A stretch of DNA of 64,000 nt. It comes from a virus. Lineage: Duplodnaviria > Caudoviricetes. The notes below the pieces were generated by a model that saw only the letters and a program-made list of their open reading frames with translations, searched no databases and was not told the DNA's origin. Below, piece by piece: positions 43,024-53,253 of the stretch (position 1 is the first letter of the stretch; every line of letters starts with the position of its first letter). The translations under genes were made by a program, and so were the position numbers. The DNA lies in the IMG/VR virus record IMGVR_UViG_3300020577_006811, positions 1 through 64,000 of that record; one strand, given 5' to 3'.

Positions 43024-43064
43024 CCAACAACACGCGCAATTCATCAGCCGAAAGGCCATGCAGC

Positions 43065-43793
43065 ATGAACTACACCGACATCACGACCGAGTGGTCGAAC
43101 ATCACCATGATCCCGCTGACTGACGCGGACTTCGTTGCAAATTTGCCTTCCACAATTGCGTATGCGGAGGGCCGCATCACCCGCGATCTTGATTTGATGG
43201 CGGCAAATGTCCGCGACGACACCGGCAGCACCGTAGCTGGATCAAGAAACTTCAATCTGCCGACGACTTACGGCACGTTTCTTATCGTGACCGGGATCAA
43301 TATCATTACGCCTGCCTCTGTCGCGCCGGACAGCGGCACGCGCAACGCACTCACCTACGTATCGCGTGACGTTCTCGATTACACCTACGGCAGCAGCACC
43401 AGCAGCGGGGTGCCTACGCAATTTGCGTACATTACGCAGGATACGCAGTCTGGAGGCCAATCCCAGATCATCTTTGGCCCTTGGCCCGACGCCACGTACC
43501 GCGTCGAGGTTATCGGAAAAATTCAACCGGAGGCGCTGTCGGCGAGCAACCCCAACACGTGGCTTAGCGACAATCTGCCAGAACTCTATTTGGCCGCGGG
43601 CATGGTTTGGCTGTCGGGCTACATGCGCAACTACGGCGCCGCCGCGGACGACCCCAACATGCCTGGAAGCTGGGAAGCACGCTACAAAGAGCTTCTGGCG
43701 TCTGCTTCGGTTTACCAAGCCAGGGCACGATTTGGGGGTGCCTCGTGGACACCACATCAAGTTGAGCCGACTGCTGTCCCGCAGCGTGGGTGA
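43065..43793 (+). CDS. putative tail tubular / adaptor protein
   Basis: MNY..I...F...LP..I..AE.RI.RDL; G.P..FAY...FGP.PD..Y...NTWL.DN.PELYL. Confidence 0.75.
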   Translation: MNYTDITTEWSNITMIPLTDADFVANLPSTIAYAEGRITRDLDLMAANVRDDTGSTVAGSRNFNLPTTYGTFLIVTGINIITPASVAPDSGTRNALTYVSRDVLDYTYGSSTSSGVPTQFAYITQDTQSGGQSQIIFGPWPDATYRVEVIGKIQPEALSASNPNTWLSDNLPELYLAAGMVWLSGYMRNYGAAADDPNMPGSWEARYKELLASASVYQARARFGGASWTPHQVEPTAVPQRG

Positions 43794-43873
43794 TTTGTGT
43801 TGATGCCCGCCGCGCGAATAGTTATCCACTGAGGGTGTGTACCGCGTACCTTTAAGCTAGAGGAGCGCGTGTC

Positions 43874-44692
43874 ATTCCATTTACGACCAATCGTCTCTAC
43901 AGCGTCCAGGCGACCGGCACCAACGCCGGCACGTGGGGCGCGGGCACGAGCGACTCGCTCAACGAAGGCGTTATGCAGATCATGGATGCCAACATGGGTG
44001 GCATCACGGCTCTGTCCTTAACGAACGTGAATGTGTCCTTGACACAAACGCAGGCCAACAATGGCATGCTGCGTCTGACGGGGGCATTGACCGGCAGCGT
44101 CATCATCAGCCCAACTGCGGGCGTCACGATGAGCGGCTTTTATTACTTTGAAAACTTGACCACAAACTCTTCATTCAGTGTCACGTTCAGCAACGCCGGC
44201 GGCGCGGTGATCTTGCCACAAGGTCGGCGAGGCACGATGTGGGTCGATACCACCTACGGACCACGGGTCATTTCCAGCGTCGGCTCCGCACAAACAGACA
44301 TTATTCCCGCAGGCTCCGTCGTCACGTTTTACAACAGCGCTGCGCCGACGGGATACACGGTCGTCGCGCTCAGCGATTACGGACTTCAGGTGGTGCAAAG
44401 TGGCGGCGGCTCAACATTTGGGTCCGTCGCGTATTCGACGCTTTTTGCGACGACGTCAGTCGGCTCAACGACGCTGACGGAAGCGCAAATCCCAAGCCAC
44501 TCGCATGCCCTGCAAGGTTTCAGCGTCCCGACTTACGATGGCTTTTACAGTGTCAGTGGCGGCAGTCTGCAGGTGGCTGCCAGCATTGGCTTCATTTCTA
44601 CGACCAGCAACACGGGCGGCGGATCGGGGCACACCCACGCGCTCGACATGCGCGTGCGGACGGCAAAAGTCATTCTAGCGACCCGCAATTAA
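43874..44692 (+). CDS. tail/fibre-like structural protein, probable ATT start
   Basis: Open frame extends 33 codons above ATG 43973 (PFTTNRLY...GTWG); AGGAG lies 8 nt before ATT 43874; in-frame TAA at 43853. Confidence 0.65.
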   Translation: MPFTTNRLYSVQATGTNAGTWGAGTSDSLNEGVMQIMDANMGGITALSLTNVNVSLTQTQANNGMLRLTGALTGSVIISPTAGVTMSGFYYFENLTTNSSFSVTFSNAGGAVILPQGRRGTMWVDTTYGPRVISSVGSAQTDIIPAGSVVTFYNSAAPTGYTVVALSDYGLQVVQSGGGSTFGSVAYSTLFATTSVGSTTLTEAQIPSHSHALQGFSVPTYDGFYSVSGGSLQVAASIGFISTTSNTGGGSGHTHALDMRVRTAKVILATRN

Positions 44693-44696
44693 AAAC

Positions 44697-45074
44697 ATGC
44701 TCCCAGACAAAACCACAAAATGTCATCGGACTGGGTTTCAGGAGACGTGCTTCAAGTGCGTCACCGAGCACAATTGCCGTCTTTGGAAACGCGTCACGCT
44801 AGAGCACCACCCAGAGACGGGAGCCCCGGGCGTCGATCATTACGATTGCGTCGATAGTCTGCAGGATCTTTACCTAAAAGACATGTTGCGGCGTCAGGTG
44901 CAGACGACGGCGACGATCGATAGCCTGCGCCGCGAGGTTCAGAACGCCAACGACGCCGGAATGGCCAACGCACTGATGGGTATCAACCAGCAAATTCGGG
45001 CTCTCAGCAATCAGGCTGCGGCACCTGCGCTGCCGCCTGCCGCCGACGACGACGTTAAGATGCTGGAGAATTGA
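44697..45074 (+). CDS. conserved Cys-rich tail-region protein
   Basis: C...CFKC...CRLW...P.TG...YDC...DSLRRE. Confidence 0.7.
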   Translation: MLPDKTTKCHRTGFQETCFKCVTEHNCRLWKRVTLEHHPETGAPGVDHYDCVDSLQDLYLKDMLRRQVQTTATIDSLRREVQNANDAGMANALMGINQQIRALSNQAAAPALPPAADDDVKMLEN

Positions 45075-45075
45075 G

Positions 45076-47367
45076 ATGGCGTGGAGCACCATCGTAATCA
45101 AACCCGGCGTCAACACCGAGGTCACGAGCACGCTCAACCAAGCTGGCATCTCGTCGTCGGCATTGATCCGGTTTAAAAACGCGCTGGCGCAGAAACTTGG
45201 TGGCTGGGAGAAGCTCTACGCGTTCGCGGTCGGCGGCATCCCTCGGGCGCTGCAAGCGTGGCAGGATTTTAACGAGATAGACCGCCTTGCGGTCGGCACG
45301 ACAACGACCCTTGGCGTCATCGCGGACGGTGAGTTCACGCAAATCACCCCCCAGATTTACCAAACAGACGGCGGCCCCAACCTTTCCACAACCTCTGGGT
45401 CATCGCTTGTTGCCATTACAGACATCAACGTCACGAACCCAACCACAGACGACACGGTCGAATTCAAGACGCCGGTTTCTATCGGCGGTCTCATTCTTTC
45501 GGGTGCGTATCCCATTGATCTGGTCACAAGCACCAACGCCTTCCGCATTGACGCCAGCGCTAACGGGGTCGCCACAAGCACGCAGGCAAACGCCGCCATC
45601 ACAGGCATTACGAATGCAAACCCCGCGGTTGTCACGACAAGCGCCGCGCATGGCTTCACCTCAAATCAGCTGATCTACATTTACAATGTCGGCGGCATGA
45701 CGGAGGTCAACGGGCGCCTGTTTGCCATCACCGTGGTGACACCAACGACCTTCTCGTTGCAGGGCACGAATTCGTCTGCCTACACCACCTACACATCGGG
45801 GGGCGTCGCGAGCCCGGCCTCAGTGCCAAGGTTTGCGACGTCGTCTGGCAGCAACGTGGTGACGGTGACTTTTCAAGCGCATGGGCTGTCGGTGGGCGGG
45901 AAAATCAATTTCCCAATCGAAACGACAGTGGGCGGCGTCACCATTTTAGGCACGTACGCGGCCACCACCATCGTCAGCACCAATGCCTTCACCATCGCTG
46001 TTGATCAATTGGCGACGGCATCAGCGACAGCCATGATGAACGACGGCGACGTCGAGCTGCTCTACTATATTTCTCTTGGTCCGCAGCCAACATCAGTTGG
46101 TTACAGCATCGGAACCTACGGGTCTGGAGGCTACAGTACGGGCTCCGTCGGGTCTGCGCAGACTGGGACGCCCATCACGGCAACAGACTGGACCCTCGAT
46201 AACTGGGGTGCGACGCTGCTGGCCTGCCCAGCAGGCGGCGGCATCTACGAATGGACGCCGGACACCGGCTTTCAAAATGCGAAGCTTCTCTCTGCGGCGC
46301 CTCTTAACAATGGTGGGATCTTGATTGCGCAGCCCGCGCAAATTCTGATCGCGTGGGGCGCAAGCTCTCCGCAGGAGATTGGCGTTGACGCCGACCCACT
46401 TACTTATACGTGGTCAGATCAGCTCGACTACGCCTACTGGACACCAGGGGCCGTCAACCCCGCCACAAACCTCCTCTCTCAGGCTGGATCGAACCGCATT
46501 CCGACTGGTTCTAAGATTGTCGCAGGGCTCACCGTATCGCAGCAGGTCTTGCTGTGGACCGACTTGGATTTGTGGGCGATCAACTACATCGGGCAGCCCG
46601 AGACAGGGCTTATTTTTGGACAGAATAAGATCGGCGGCGCCTGCGGCACGGTTAGCGCCCACGCTGTGGGGCAGCTCGGCAGTACGGTTGCGTGGATGGG
46701 GCGCTCAAATTTTTTCCAATTGAGCGGCAACGGCGTCGTGCCGATCCCCTGTTCTGTGTGGGACGTCGTCTTCCAAGACCTCGACACCAACAACCTCGAC
46801 AAGATCCGCTGCTGTCCCAACACGCCGTTCAACGAAATGATGTGGGAGTTCCCCAGCGCCTCTGGGGGCACCGGCGAAAACGACACTTACGTCAAATGGA
46901 ACATTGTTGAGAACACCTGGGATTTTGGCCCACTGGCGCGCTCAGCGTGGGTTGATCAGTCGGTGCTCGGCATGCCCATAGGGGCGACCCCCAGCGGCAT
47001 CATTTATCAACACGAAGTGGGGGAGAACGCTGACGGGCAGCCCCTCATGTGGAGCTTCACGACAGGCTACTTCCAGCTTGGTGAGGGCGAAGACTTTCAG
47101 GTTGTGGACTTGATTGTGCCAGATTTTAAGTATGGCACGTATGAGGGAAGCCAGGGCGCTATTGTGCAGATGATGGTGTACGCCACAAATTTCCCCGGCG
47201 AGACGCCGCGCGAGTTCGGGCCCTACCAATTCAACTCAAGCTCAACCCAGCAGAATGTGCGCATCCGCGCGCGGCAGATGTCGTTCAAATTTTTTGGCGA
47301 AGACCTGAACAGCTTCGTACGCCTTGGCCGCGTCCGCATTCGCGTTGCACCCGACGGCAGGAGGTAA
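45076..47367 (+). CDS. tail nozzle / DNA-stabilisation protein (podoviral gp10-like)
   Basis: 763 aa; IKPGVNTE, QKLGGW, WSDQ.D...W, RIP.GS.I, W.G..NFF; internal ITNANPAVVT..AHG module. Confidence 0.75.
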   Translation: MAWSTIVIKPGVNTEVTSTLNQAGISSSALIRFKNALAQKLGGWEKLYAFAVGGIPRALQAWQDFNEIDRLAVGTTTTLGVIADGEFTQITPQIYQTDGGPNLSTTSGSSLVAITDINVTNPTTDDTVEFKTPVSIGGLILSGAYPIDLVTSTNAFRIDASANGVATSTQANAAITGITNANPAVVTTSAAHGFTSNQLIYIYNVGGMTEVNGRLFAITVVTPTTFSLQGTNSSAYTTYTSGGVASPASVPRFATSSGSNVVTVTFQAHGLSVGGKINFPIETTVGGVTILGTYAATTIVSTNAFTIAVDQLATASATAMMNDGDVELLYYISLGPQPTSVGYSIGTYGSGGYSTGSVGSAQTGTPITATDWTLDNWGATLLACPAGGGIYEWTPDTGFQNAKLLSAAPLNNGGILIAQPAQILIAWGASSPQEIGVDADPLTYTWSDQLDYAYWTPGAVNPATNLLSQAGSNRIPTGSKIVAGLTVSQQVLLWTDLDLWAINYIGQPETGLIFGQNKIGGACGTVSAHAVGQLGSTVAWMGRSNFFQLSGNGVVPIPCSVWDVVFQDLDTNNLDKIRCCPNTPFNEMMWEFPSASGGTGENDTYVKWNIVENTWDFGPLARSAWVDQSVLGMPIGATPSGIIYQHEVGENADGQPLMWSFTTGYFQLGEGEDFQVVDLIVPDFKYGTYEGSQGAIVQMMVYATNFPGETPREFGPYQFNSSSTQQNVRIRARQMSFKFFGEDLNSFVRLGRVRIRVAPDGRR

Positions 47368-47371
47368 GGCC

Positions 47372-47716
47372 ATGGAAAATTTTCCGCGCGTGGATACCAA
47401 TGTCATTGCCAACCAGTTGGCGCTCAGCAATCAGCTGATGTCGAAGCTGGTGGGGATTTTCTCCAACCTGTTTCCGCGCTCCACGGGCACGTTCACCTTG
47501 TCTGCAGCTTCCAGCAAGGTCGTGACGGACGTCAACGTGGCAACGACCAGCATCATCACGTTGATGCCGACGAACGCGGCAGCAGCAACTTTGATGGGGT
47601 CAAACAAAGCGCTCTACGTCACAACGGCTGCTGGTTCCTTTACGGTCACAACGGCCTCTGGCGCCGCTGCCGCAGGCACTGAGGCGTTTTCCTACGCGGT
47701 CAATACGCCGGTCTGA
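47372..47716 (+). CDS. small tail-associated protein
   Basis: GGAGG RBS; GTFTL...GSFTVT...FSY. Confidence 0.7.
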   Translation: MENFPRVDTNVIANQLALSNQLMSKLVGIFSNLFPRSTGTFTLSAASSKVVTDVNVATTSIITLMPTNAAAATLMGSNKALYVTTAAGSFTVTTASGAAAAGTEAFSYAVNTPV

Positions 47717-47807
47717 ACGCGCATATTTTTTTCAAGACACTCTGCCGTGACCTGTGTATTTCTTGGGTTGCCTGTGCTGCGTCCAAAATTCAAACCCGAG
47801 ACGCCGC

Positions 47808-50800
47808 ATGGCTCACCCGCTTGCCACCGCTCTTGCCCGCGCCGAACAGCAGACCGAGACGTCGCTGACCGACAAGGCACGCGAGGAGGGCAGTTACCGC
47901 AAAGGCAAACTGACCTGGAATGACATCCCTATCGCGATTGAGAACCCGAAAGGGTCCATTCGCACGGGCGTCGGCCGCGATGGCAAGCGCTGGTTCTGCG
48001 AGATGCCTGCCGCCTATGGCGAGGTGCGCAGGAGCGAAGGCCAGGACGGCGACCCGGTGGACGTCTACGTGGGGCCCGCGCACGGTAGCAAGCGCGTCTG
48101 GGTTATTGACCAGGTGGATGCCGATACGGGACGCAGTGACGAACACAAGTGTTTGCTTGCTTTCCCGAACAAGGACGCGGCGCTGAAGGCCTACGAGGCG
48201 TCGTTTTCCGACGGGAAAGCTAAACAGCGCATTGGCGCTGTGACGGAACTCTCGGTCGCGGAGTTCCGCGATTTCCTGAAAAACGGGGACACCACTAAGC
48301 CCATGTCTCAGCAGAAAAAGTCCGACAAGGCATTGGAAGTCGCGCAGCGCTACACCAAGGGCTACGCCTACGGTGGCCGTGTGGGATACGCCGAAGGCGG
48401 CCCGGCTGGCGAGATCGCATCAGAGATGACCCGCGATCTGCGCCGGGACCGGCAGCGGCGGGCGCTCGCAGGGCGCGAACTGACGCCCGATGAGGAGGCT
48501 GCCTACGCCGACTACGTGGCGCGGTTGCCCGAGCGGCGCGAAATGAAGGCCCGCGAACTGGACGGCTTTACGTCGGGTATCGGCGACCTGCTGACGCCGG
48601 GCGAAACGCTGCCGATGATGGACGCGCGGACGCGTCGCCAGATTGCGGCTCGGTCGCTTGCTGGGCGAGATCTGACCTACGACCAGATGCGCGAGTTGGC
48701 AGATCAGGAGGCGGTCAACGAGGAGCGCAGCGCGCGACTGGGCGTGCCCTTGGGCATTGCTGCAACGGAACTGACGGGCGTGCCATCCATCATGCGCGGC
48801 GGCAGCAACGTCGTGCGCGGCATTGAAGAGCGCGATCCGGCCCGCATTGCGGGTGGTGCTTTGGAAGGCGTCATCGGGGCGGCTCCGCTGGGAATGGTGG
48901 CTCGGCCCGTGGCCGCAGCCTTGAAGCCGCTGACTGGATCGGTGCCGCGGTTTACGGCGACCAGCATGGGCGCGTCTGGCTTGACGTCCTACGCGGACGA
49001 CGCCAAGGCGGCCGAACGCAACGTGGCGACGCGCATTGCGAGCGACCCGGAAGTGAAGGCCATTATTGACAAGCGGACAGCGGCGCTGGCTGAGATCCAG
49101 CGGGTGCAGGAAGACCTGATTGCGAAGAACCCCGCCATCCAAGCTTTGGAGGCAAAGCGGGCGCAGCAGCAGCTCCTGCGCAAGGCGACAAACGATAAGT
49201 ATGCCAAGGCGGGCCCCGAGACGCAGAAGCAGGCGCTGGCGCCGTTTGACGAAGAGATCAAACGCATCAATGGCCAGATCCAGGAAATCAGCGACGGCGC
49301 GTTAAAGCCTTATAAGGACGAAGTGACCCGGCTGACGGCGGCTCTTGGCACTGCCGAAGATCGCGCGCGCGCGGCCTACATGGATGAAGCTACGTTCCGC
49401 GAAAAGTACCCCGGCGTGCCGATGGCGCTGATGGCTGGCGGTCTAGGTGTGGCTGGCGCGCTCCCGTTGATGAAGGCGGGGCTGGGCCGGGTCACGGACA
49501 GTTGGAAGCGCAAGTCTATTGAGGACGCGACGACCAAGACGGAGAACGCGTTCGCGGGCGGTCTGTCAGATGCGGAGACGGCCATCGCGCAGCAGCGGTT
49601 GCAGCGGCATTTGGATCGCTGGGACGCTGACCATGGGAAGATTGCAGGTGGCTGGAATTTTCTCGCCAATACCGGCAAAGGGGCGCTGTTGGGCGCCGAG
49701 GCGTCGCAGTTGCCGGAGCAATTGGATTACCTGACCAACGCGCCGGGGCACCCCGCACGCGAGGCGGCCGTCAAGCAATTGCAAAACCCAGAGTATTGGA
49801 AGGAGCGTTGGGGCCCGGCGCTACTTGGCGCTGGCAGCGCCATCATGGGGCACACGGCGGCGCACATGATCCCGCAGAACCGGGAGTTTCTGGTGCCGGC
49901 GCGAGAAGTGGCGTCACGCGGGGCCGAGCCGTCGCGGGTGGACGCGCTGTTGGCGAAGTTGCACGGGCGGAGCAAGCCCGAGGGCCCGACCGAGGACGCC
50001 ATCAAGCAGGTGCAGCGGTATCGGTCTGCTGTTGGGCCTTCCGGTGCGCGTGAAGACGCCAAGATGCTCGAAGGGCTGCTTGATACGCCTCCGGGCTCAG
50101 GCGCTCCTTTGCCACGGCCCACTTCTCCTGAATTGACAGCGTTGCCCAGTCCGTCGGTAATCCCGCCGTCTGCACAGGCTCCAAGTCCGTCGCGGTCGCC
50201 CGAAGCGCTTTCCAATCTGGAGTCTGCGGCATCCAAGGCCTCTGATGTGATCAAGCAGTCCAAGCGTAGCGCGGATATGCGGCCTTGGGAAGGCGCTCCA
50301 CCCAAGGGGGTTAAACTGCCCAAGGGAACTCTGTGGGACGCGAACATGGGGCGGACTCGGCGCGAGGACGGCACGTTGGGGCCGGCTCCTCGGTACAGTG
50401 CGCCTCGAAAAAAGGATAACCCGCAAAGCTTACCCAAGTCTGAACAGGGGGAAGGCAAGGCGTCGGGCGGGATTGTCGGGCGAGTTTTCGACGTCGTGCG
50501 CCGGTATGCTGGTGGCGGCCGAGTGGTCCCGCATGGGTTGATGGCGGGGGACACCCCAGGTCGTTCCGACAAATTGCCGGTGCAAGTCCCAAATGGCGCC
50601 TATGTACTGCCCGCAGACTTTGTCTCAGGCCTTGGCGAGGGCAATACCATGGCCGGCTCAAAGCGGTTCAAGGAAATGTCGCCGCCCCCTGCTCCTGGGT
50701 TTGCGCGAGGCGGCCACGTTGAAATCATGATCAGCGACGGCGAAGAGGTGGTGCACCCCGACGTCGTCGCGGCATGGGGTGGCGGCGATTTAGATAGAGG

Positions 50801-50885
50801 GCACAAGGTTCTTGACCAAATGGTGAGGCAAGGTAGATCAGAGACGATCCGTAAATTAGCGTCCCTTCCACCGCCCGCGAAATAG
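47808..50885 (+). CDS. putative polyvalent ejection protein: N-terminal inorganic-pyrophosphatase-like domain, AxGG motifs, C-terminal tandem SD..P...(P/S)xG(A/E)xV domains
   Basis: IAIENPKGS.R...YG.V...G.DGDPVDVYVG...DEHK; YAYGG, YAEGG, YAGGG, FARGG; PGRSDKLPVQVPNGAYV and ISDGEEVV. Confidence 0.75.
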   Translation: MAHPLATALARAEQQTETSLTDKAREEGSYRKGKLTWNDIPIAIENPKGSIRTGVGRDGKRWFCEMPAAYGEVRRSEGQDGDPVDVYVGPAHGSKRVWVIDQVDADTGRSDEHKCLLAFPNKDAALKAYEASFSDGKAKQRIGAVTELSVAEFRDFLKNGDTTKPMSQQKKSDKALEVAQRYTKGYAYGGRVGYAEGGPAGEIASEMTRDLRRDRQRRALAGRELTPDEEAAYADYVARLPERREMKARELDGFTSGIGDLLTPGETLPMMDARTRRQIAARSLAGRDLTYDQMRELADQEAVNEERSARLGVPLGIAATELTGVPSIMRGGSNVVRGIEERDPARIAGGALEGVIGAAPLGMVARPVAAALKPLTGSVPRFTATSMGASGLTSYADDAKAAERNVATRIASDPEVKAIIDKRTAALAEIQRVQEDLIAKNPAIQALEAKRAQQQLLRKATNDKYAKAGPETQKQALAPFDEEIKRINGQIQEISDGALKPYKDEVTRLTAALGTAEDRARAAYMDEATFREKYPGVPMALMAGGLGVAGALPLMKAGLGRVTDSWKRKSIEDATTKTENAFAGGLSDAETAIAQQRLQRHLDRWDADHGKIAGGWNFLANTGKGALLGAEASQLPEQLDYLTNAPGHPAREAAVKQLQNPEYWKERWGPALLGAGSAIMGHTAAHMIPQNREFLVPAREVASRGAEPSRVDALLAKLHGRSKPEGPTEDAIKQVQRYRSAVGPSGAREDAKMLEGLLDTPPGSGAPLPRPTSPELTALPSPSVIPPSAQAPSPSRSPEALSNLESAASKASDVIKQSKRSADMRPWEGAPPKGVKLPKGTLWDANMGRTRREDGTLGPAPRYSAPRKKDNPQSLPKSEQGEGKASGGIVGRVFDVVRRYAGGGRVVPHGLMAGDTPGRSDKLPVQVPNGAYVLPADFVSGLGEGNTMAGSKRFKEMSPPPAPGFARGGHVEIMISDGEEVVHPDVVAAWGGGDLDRGHKVLDQMVRQGRSETIRKLASLPPPAK

Positions 50886-50893
50886 GACGCCAC

Positions 50894-51409
50894 ATGCTTG
50901 CCTACACCGACTTGAAGGTGCGCCCTGCCGACCCTCGCGATGAAGAGGATCTGGTGGATATGTGCCGCCTGCTGCACCAGGAGAGTGGCATCCGGGATGG
51001 GCAGAACGCGCCCTTTCCGTTCGATGAATGCAAGGTGCGCGCGATGGTGCAGCAGGTGACCACGCCGCAGCGCAACGATCCTGCGGCCGGCCATTCGTTC
51101 TGCGGCATCATTGGACCCTACGGCGACATTCAGGCCTCCATCTATCTGACCCGCTCCGAGCCTTGGTATTCGTCGCAGCCGTTCCTGCAGGAGGTCTGGA
51201 ACTTCGTGCATCCAGACCACCGCAAGGGTCCCCACGCCAAGGCGTTGATCGCTTTCTCCAAGGTGATGGCGCAGTGCTGGGAGCAGACCTTGGTGGCTGG
51301 CGTGATGTCCACGCAGCGGGTGGAGGCCAAAAAACGCTTCTACGCCCGTGAGTACCAGGTTGAGCCGTTCGGCGCCTTCTTCGTCTACAACCATCCGCAG
51401 GGGGCCTGA
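50894..51409 (+). CDS. GNAT-like acetyltransferase-fold protein
   Basis: VRPA...D...L...L..E; L.EVWNFVHPDHRKGP.AKALI.F. Confidence 0.7.
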   Translation: MLAYTDLKVRPADPRDEEDLVDMCRLLHQESGIRDGQNAPFPFDECKVRAMVQQVTTPQRNDPAAGHSFCGIIGPYGDIQASIYLTRSEPWYSSQPFLQEVWNFVHPDHRKGPHAKALIAFSKVMAQCWEQTLVAGVMSTQRVEAKKRFYAREYQVEPFGAFFVYNHPQGA

Positions 51410-51414
51410 CCGCC

Positions 51415-53241
51415 ATGGGCTTCATTTCCGATCTGTTCGCGCCAAAGACCTCGCAGCAGGCACAACAGCAGGGCACGTCCACCACCAGCAACAATGCCTG
51501 GGGTGCGGTCCAGCCGTACATGAACCAGTACCTGCAACAGTTCTCGGCCGGGAACATTGCGGGCGCGCAGACTCCGGTCACGCCGTATCAATACGCAGCT
51601 GCCGACAGTCAGATGGGCACGGCGGCCAATCTGACGCCTGCGTATGCCGCGGCTGGCGATGTGGCGTCTGGCGGTATCAACCCCGCAAAGATCAGCGGGT
51701 ACATGTCGCCCTACATCTCCAATGTGGTGGACGCGACGCGGGCTCAATTTGCGAACAACAATGCGCGTACGTTGGCAGGCCAGCAGGCCTCCACCGCAAA
51801 AGCGGGCGCTCTGACAGGGACGCAGCGCGCGGTCGGCCGTGCCATCTCCGAAGGACAATTGGCGGCGGCTCAAGACCCAGTCATTGCCAGCCTTTACAAC
51901 CAAGGCTACGGGCAGGCGGCCAATCTCGCGCAGGCAGATACGAACGCTCGGCTGGCAGGCGCTAGCACATTAGGGAGTCTTACAGGCGCACAGACAAGCG
52001 CCAATTCGGCCTTGGCCGCCATGGGTAACCAAATCTGGAACAATCAGTACCAGAACACGCTGACGCCTTTCAATCTGACCACGCAAGGTGCCGCTGGGTT
52101 GACCCCACTCACCAACGCCGCTGGCACCGCTACAAGTTCTAGCGGGTCGTCAACGGGGACGACCACACAAGCCCCAGGCGCCATCCAAAGTCTGATGGGG
52201 CTCGCGGGGCTTGGATTGTCCGGTTACGACTACGGGGTTGGCAAGGGCTGGTTTGCGGACGGTGGTCGCGTGGGCTACGCAGAGGGTGGCTCCGTGATCA
52301 AGCCCTTTGAGGGCGCCAGCGAGCCGTTCCACGCCAAGATGGAAAAGGCTTTCCACACAATCCAGCGGCTCAAGGAATACGCCAAGGGCGGTCCCGTGTC
52401 GTCGCGCTATGCCGATGGGGGCGCCATCGGGCCTTGGGAAACCACAGTTGAGCGCGCCCCCGCGGAGCCAACGCCAGAGGCACAGTTCGGCAAGCGGCTT
52501 GAATCCATCGGCACGGCCATGACGCCTTATCGTGCGTCTGGTGACGATGTCGGCGGCGTCGGCAGCCTGACGCGGTTCATGGAGGGCGTGCGCAGCGCCA
52601 ATATCCCGCGCTATGCGGGCGGCGGCTTTATTGATCCAAAAGACAACGATCCGGCCATTACGCCGTATGGGGCCGAGCCAAGCGCACCCCCGTCCTACCT
52701 CGGGCGCGGCACGCAGCCTCCTTCTTCCTCAGTCCAGCCGAGAGAACCGATGAGCACGGTGCGGCCGATGTCACCGGAAGCTCAGTTCGCGTCGGTTTTG
52801 CTGTCCGGAAGCCCGATTGCTGGCAGCGGACAGGCGATGCGCGATCTGCAACAGCAGCGCATTCAGGAAGAAGAAAACAAGCGCAACAATGCCCTGGCGC
52901 AAGCGCGGTACGCGCTGGAGGCGGCGCGCAACCCGCATCTGATTGAGCAATTGAAGGCGCACAGCATCGGTGGCCAGAAGGAACTGAAGTCGTACGAATA
53001 CACGATGCAGAAGGATCTGGAAGCCATCAAGAGCCTGCGCGAAATCGAGAAGGGCATTGATGATGCGGTCATGTATGGCGTCATCACCCCGGATGAAGCC
53101 AACATGCGGCGACAGGCGGCGCGTGACCAGTACCAGCAGAACCGCGGCCTGATCCAGGGCGTCAAGACGCCACCGAAGGCCATGCCGACATCGCCTCCGG
53201 GCGCGGTGCGGGAGTGGGTGCCGGGCAAAGGCTTGCAGTAA
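51415..53241 (+). CDS. putative DNA ejection / internal virion protein
   Basis: Gln/Ala/Gly-rich; YMSPY..NVVD motif; five AxGG motifs. Confidence 0.75.
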   Translation: MGFISDLFAPKTSQQAQQQGTSTTSNNAWGAVQPYMNQYLQQFSAGNIAGAQTPVTPYQYAAADSQMGTAANLTPAYAAAGDVASGGINPAKISGYMSPYISNVVDATRAQFANNNARTLAGQQASTAKAGALTGTQRAVGRAISEGQLAAAQDPVIASLYNQGYGQAANLAQADTNARLAGASTLGSLTGAQTSANSALAAMGNQIWNNQYQNTLTPFNLTTQGAAGLTPLTNAAGTATSSSGSSTGTTTQAPGAIQSLMGLAGLGLSGYDYGVGKGWFADGGRVGYAEGGSVIKPFEGASEPFHAKMEKAFHTIQRLKEYAKGGPVSSRYADGGAIGPWETTVERAPAEPTPEAQFGKRLESIGTAMTPYRASGDDVGGVGSLTRFMEGVRSANIPRYAGGGFIDPKDNDPAITPYGAEPSAPPSYLGRGTQPPSSSVQPREPMSTVRPMSPEAQFASVLLSGSPIAGSGQAMRDLQQQRIQEEENKRNNALAQARYALEAARNPHLIEQLKAHSIGGQKELKSYEYTMQKDLEAIKSLREIEKGIDDAVMYGVITPDEANMRRQAARDQYQQNRGLIQGVKTPPKAMPTSPPGAVREWVPGKGLQ

Positions 53242-53253
53242 GGAGACGACGCT

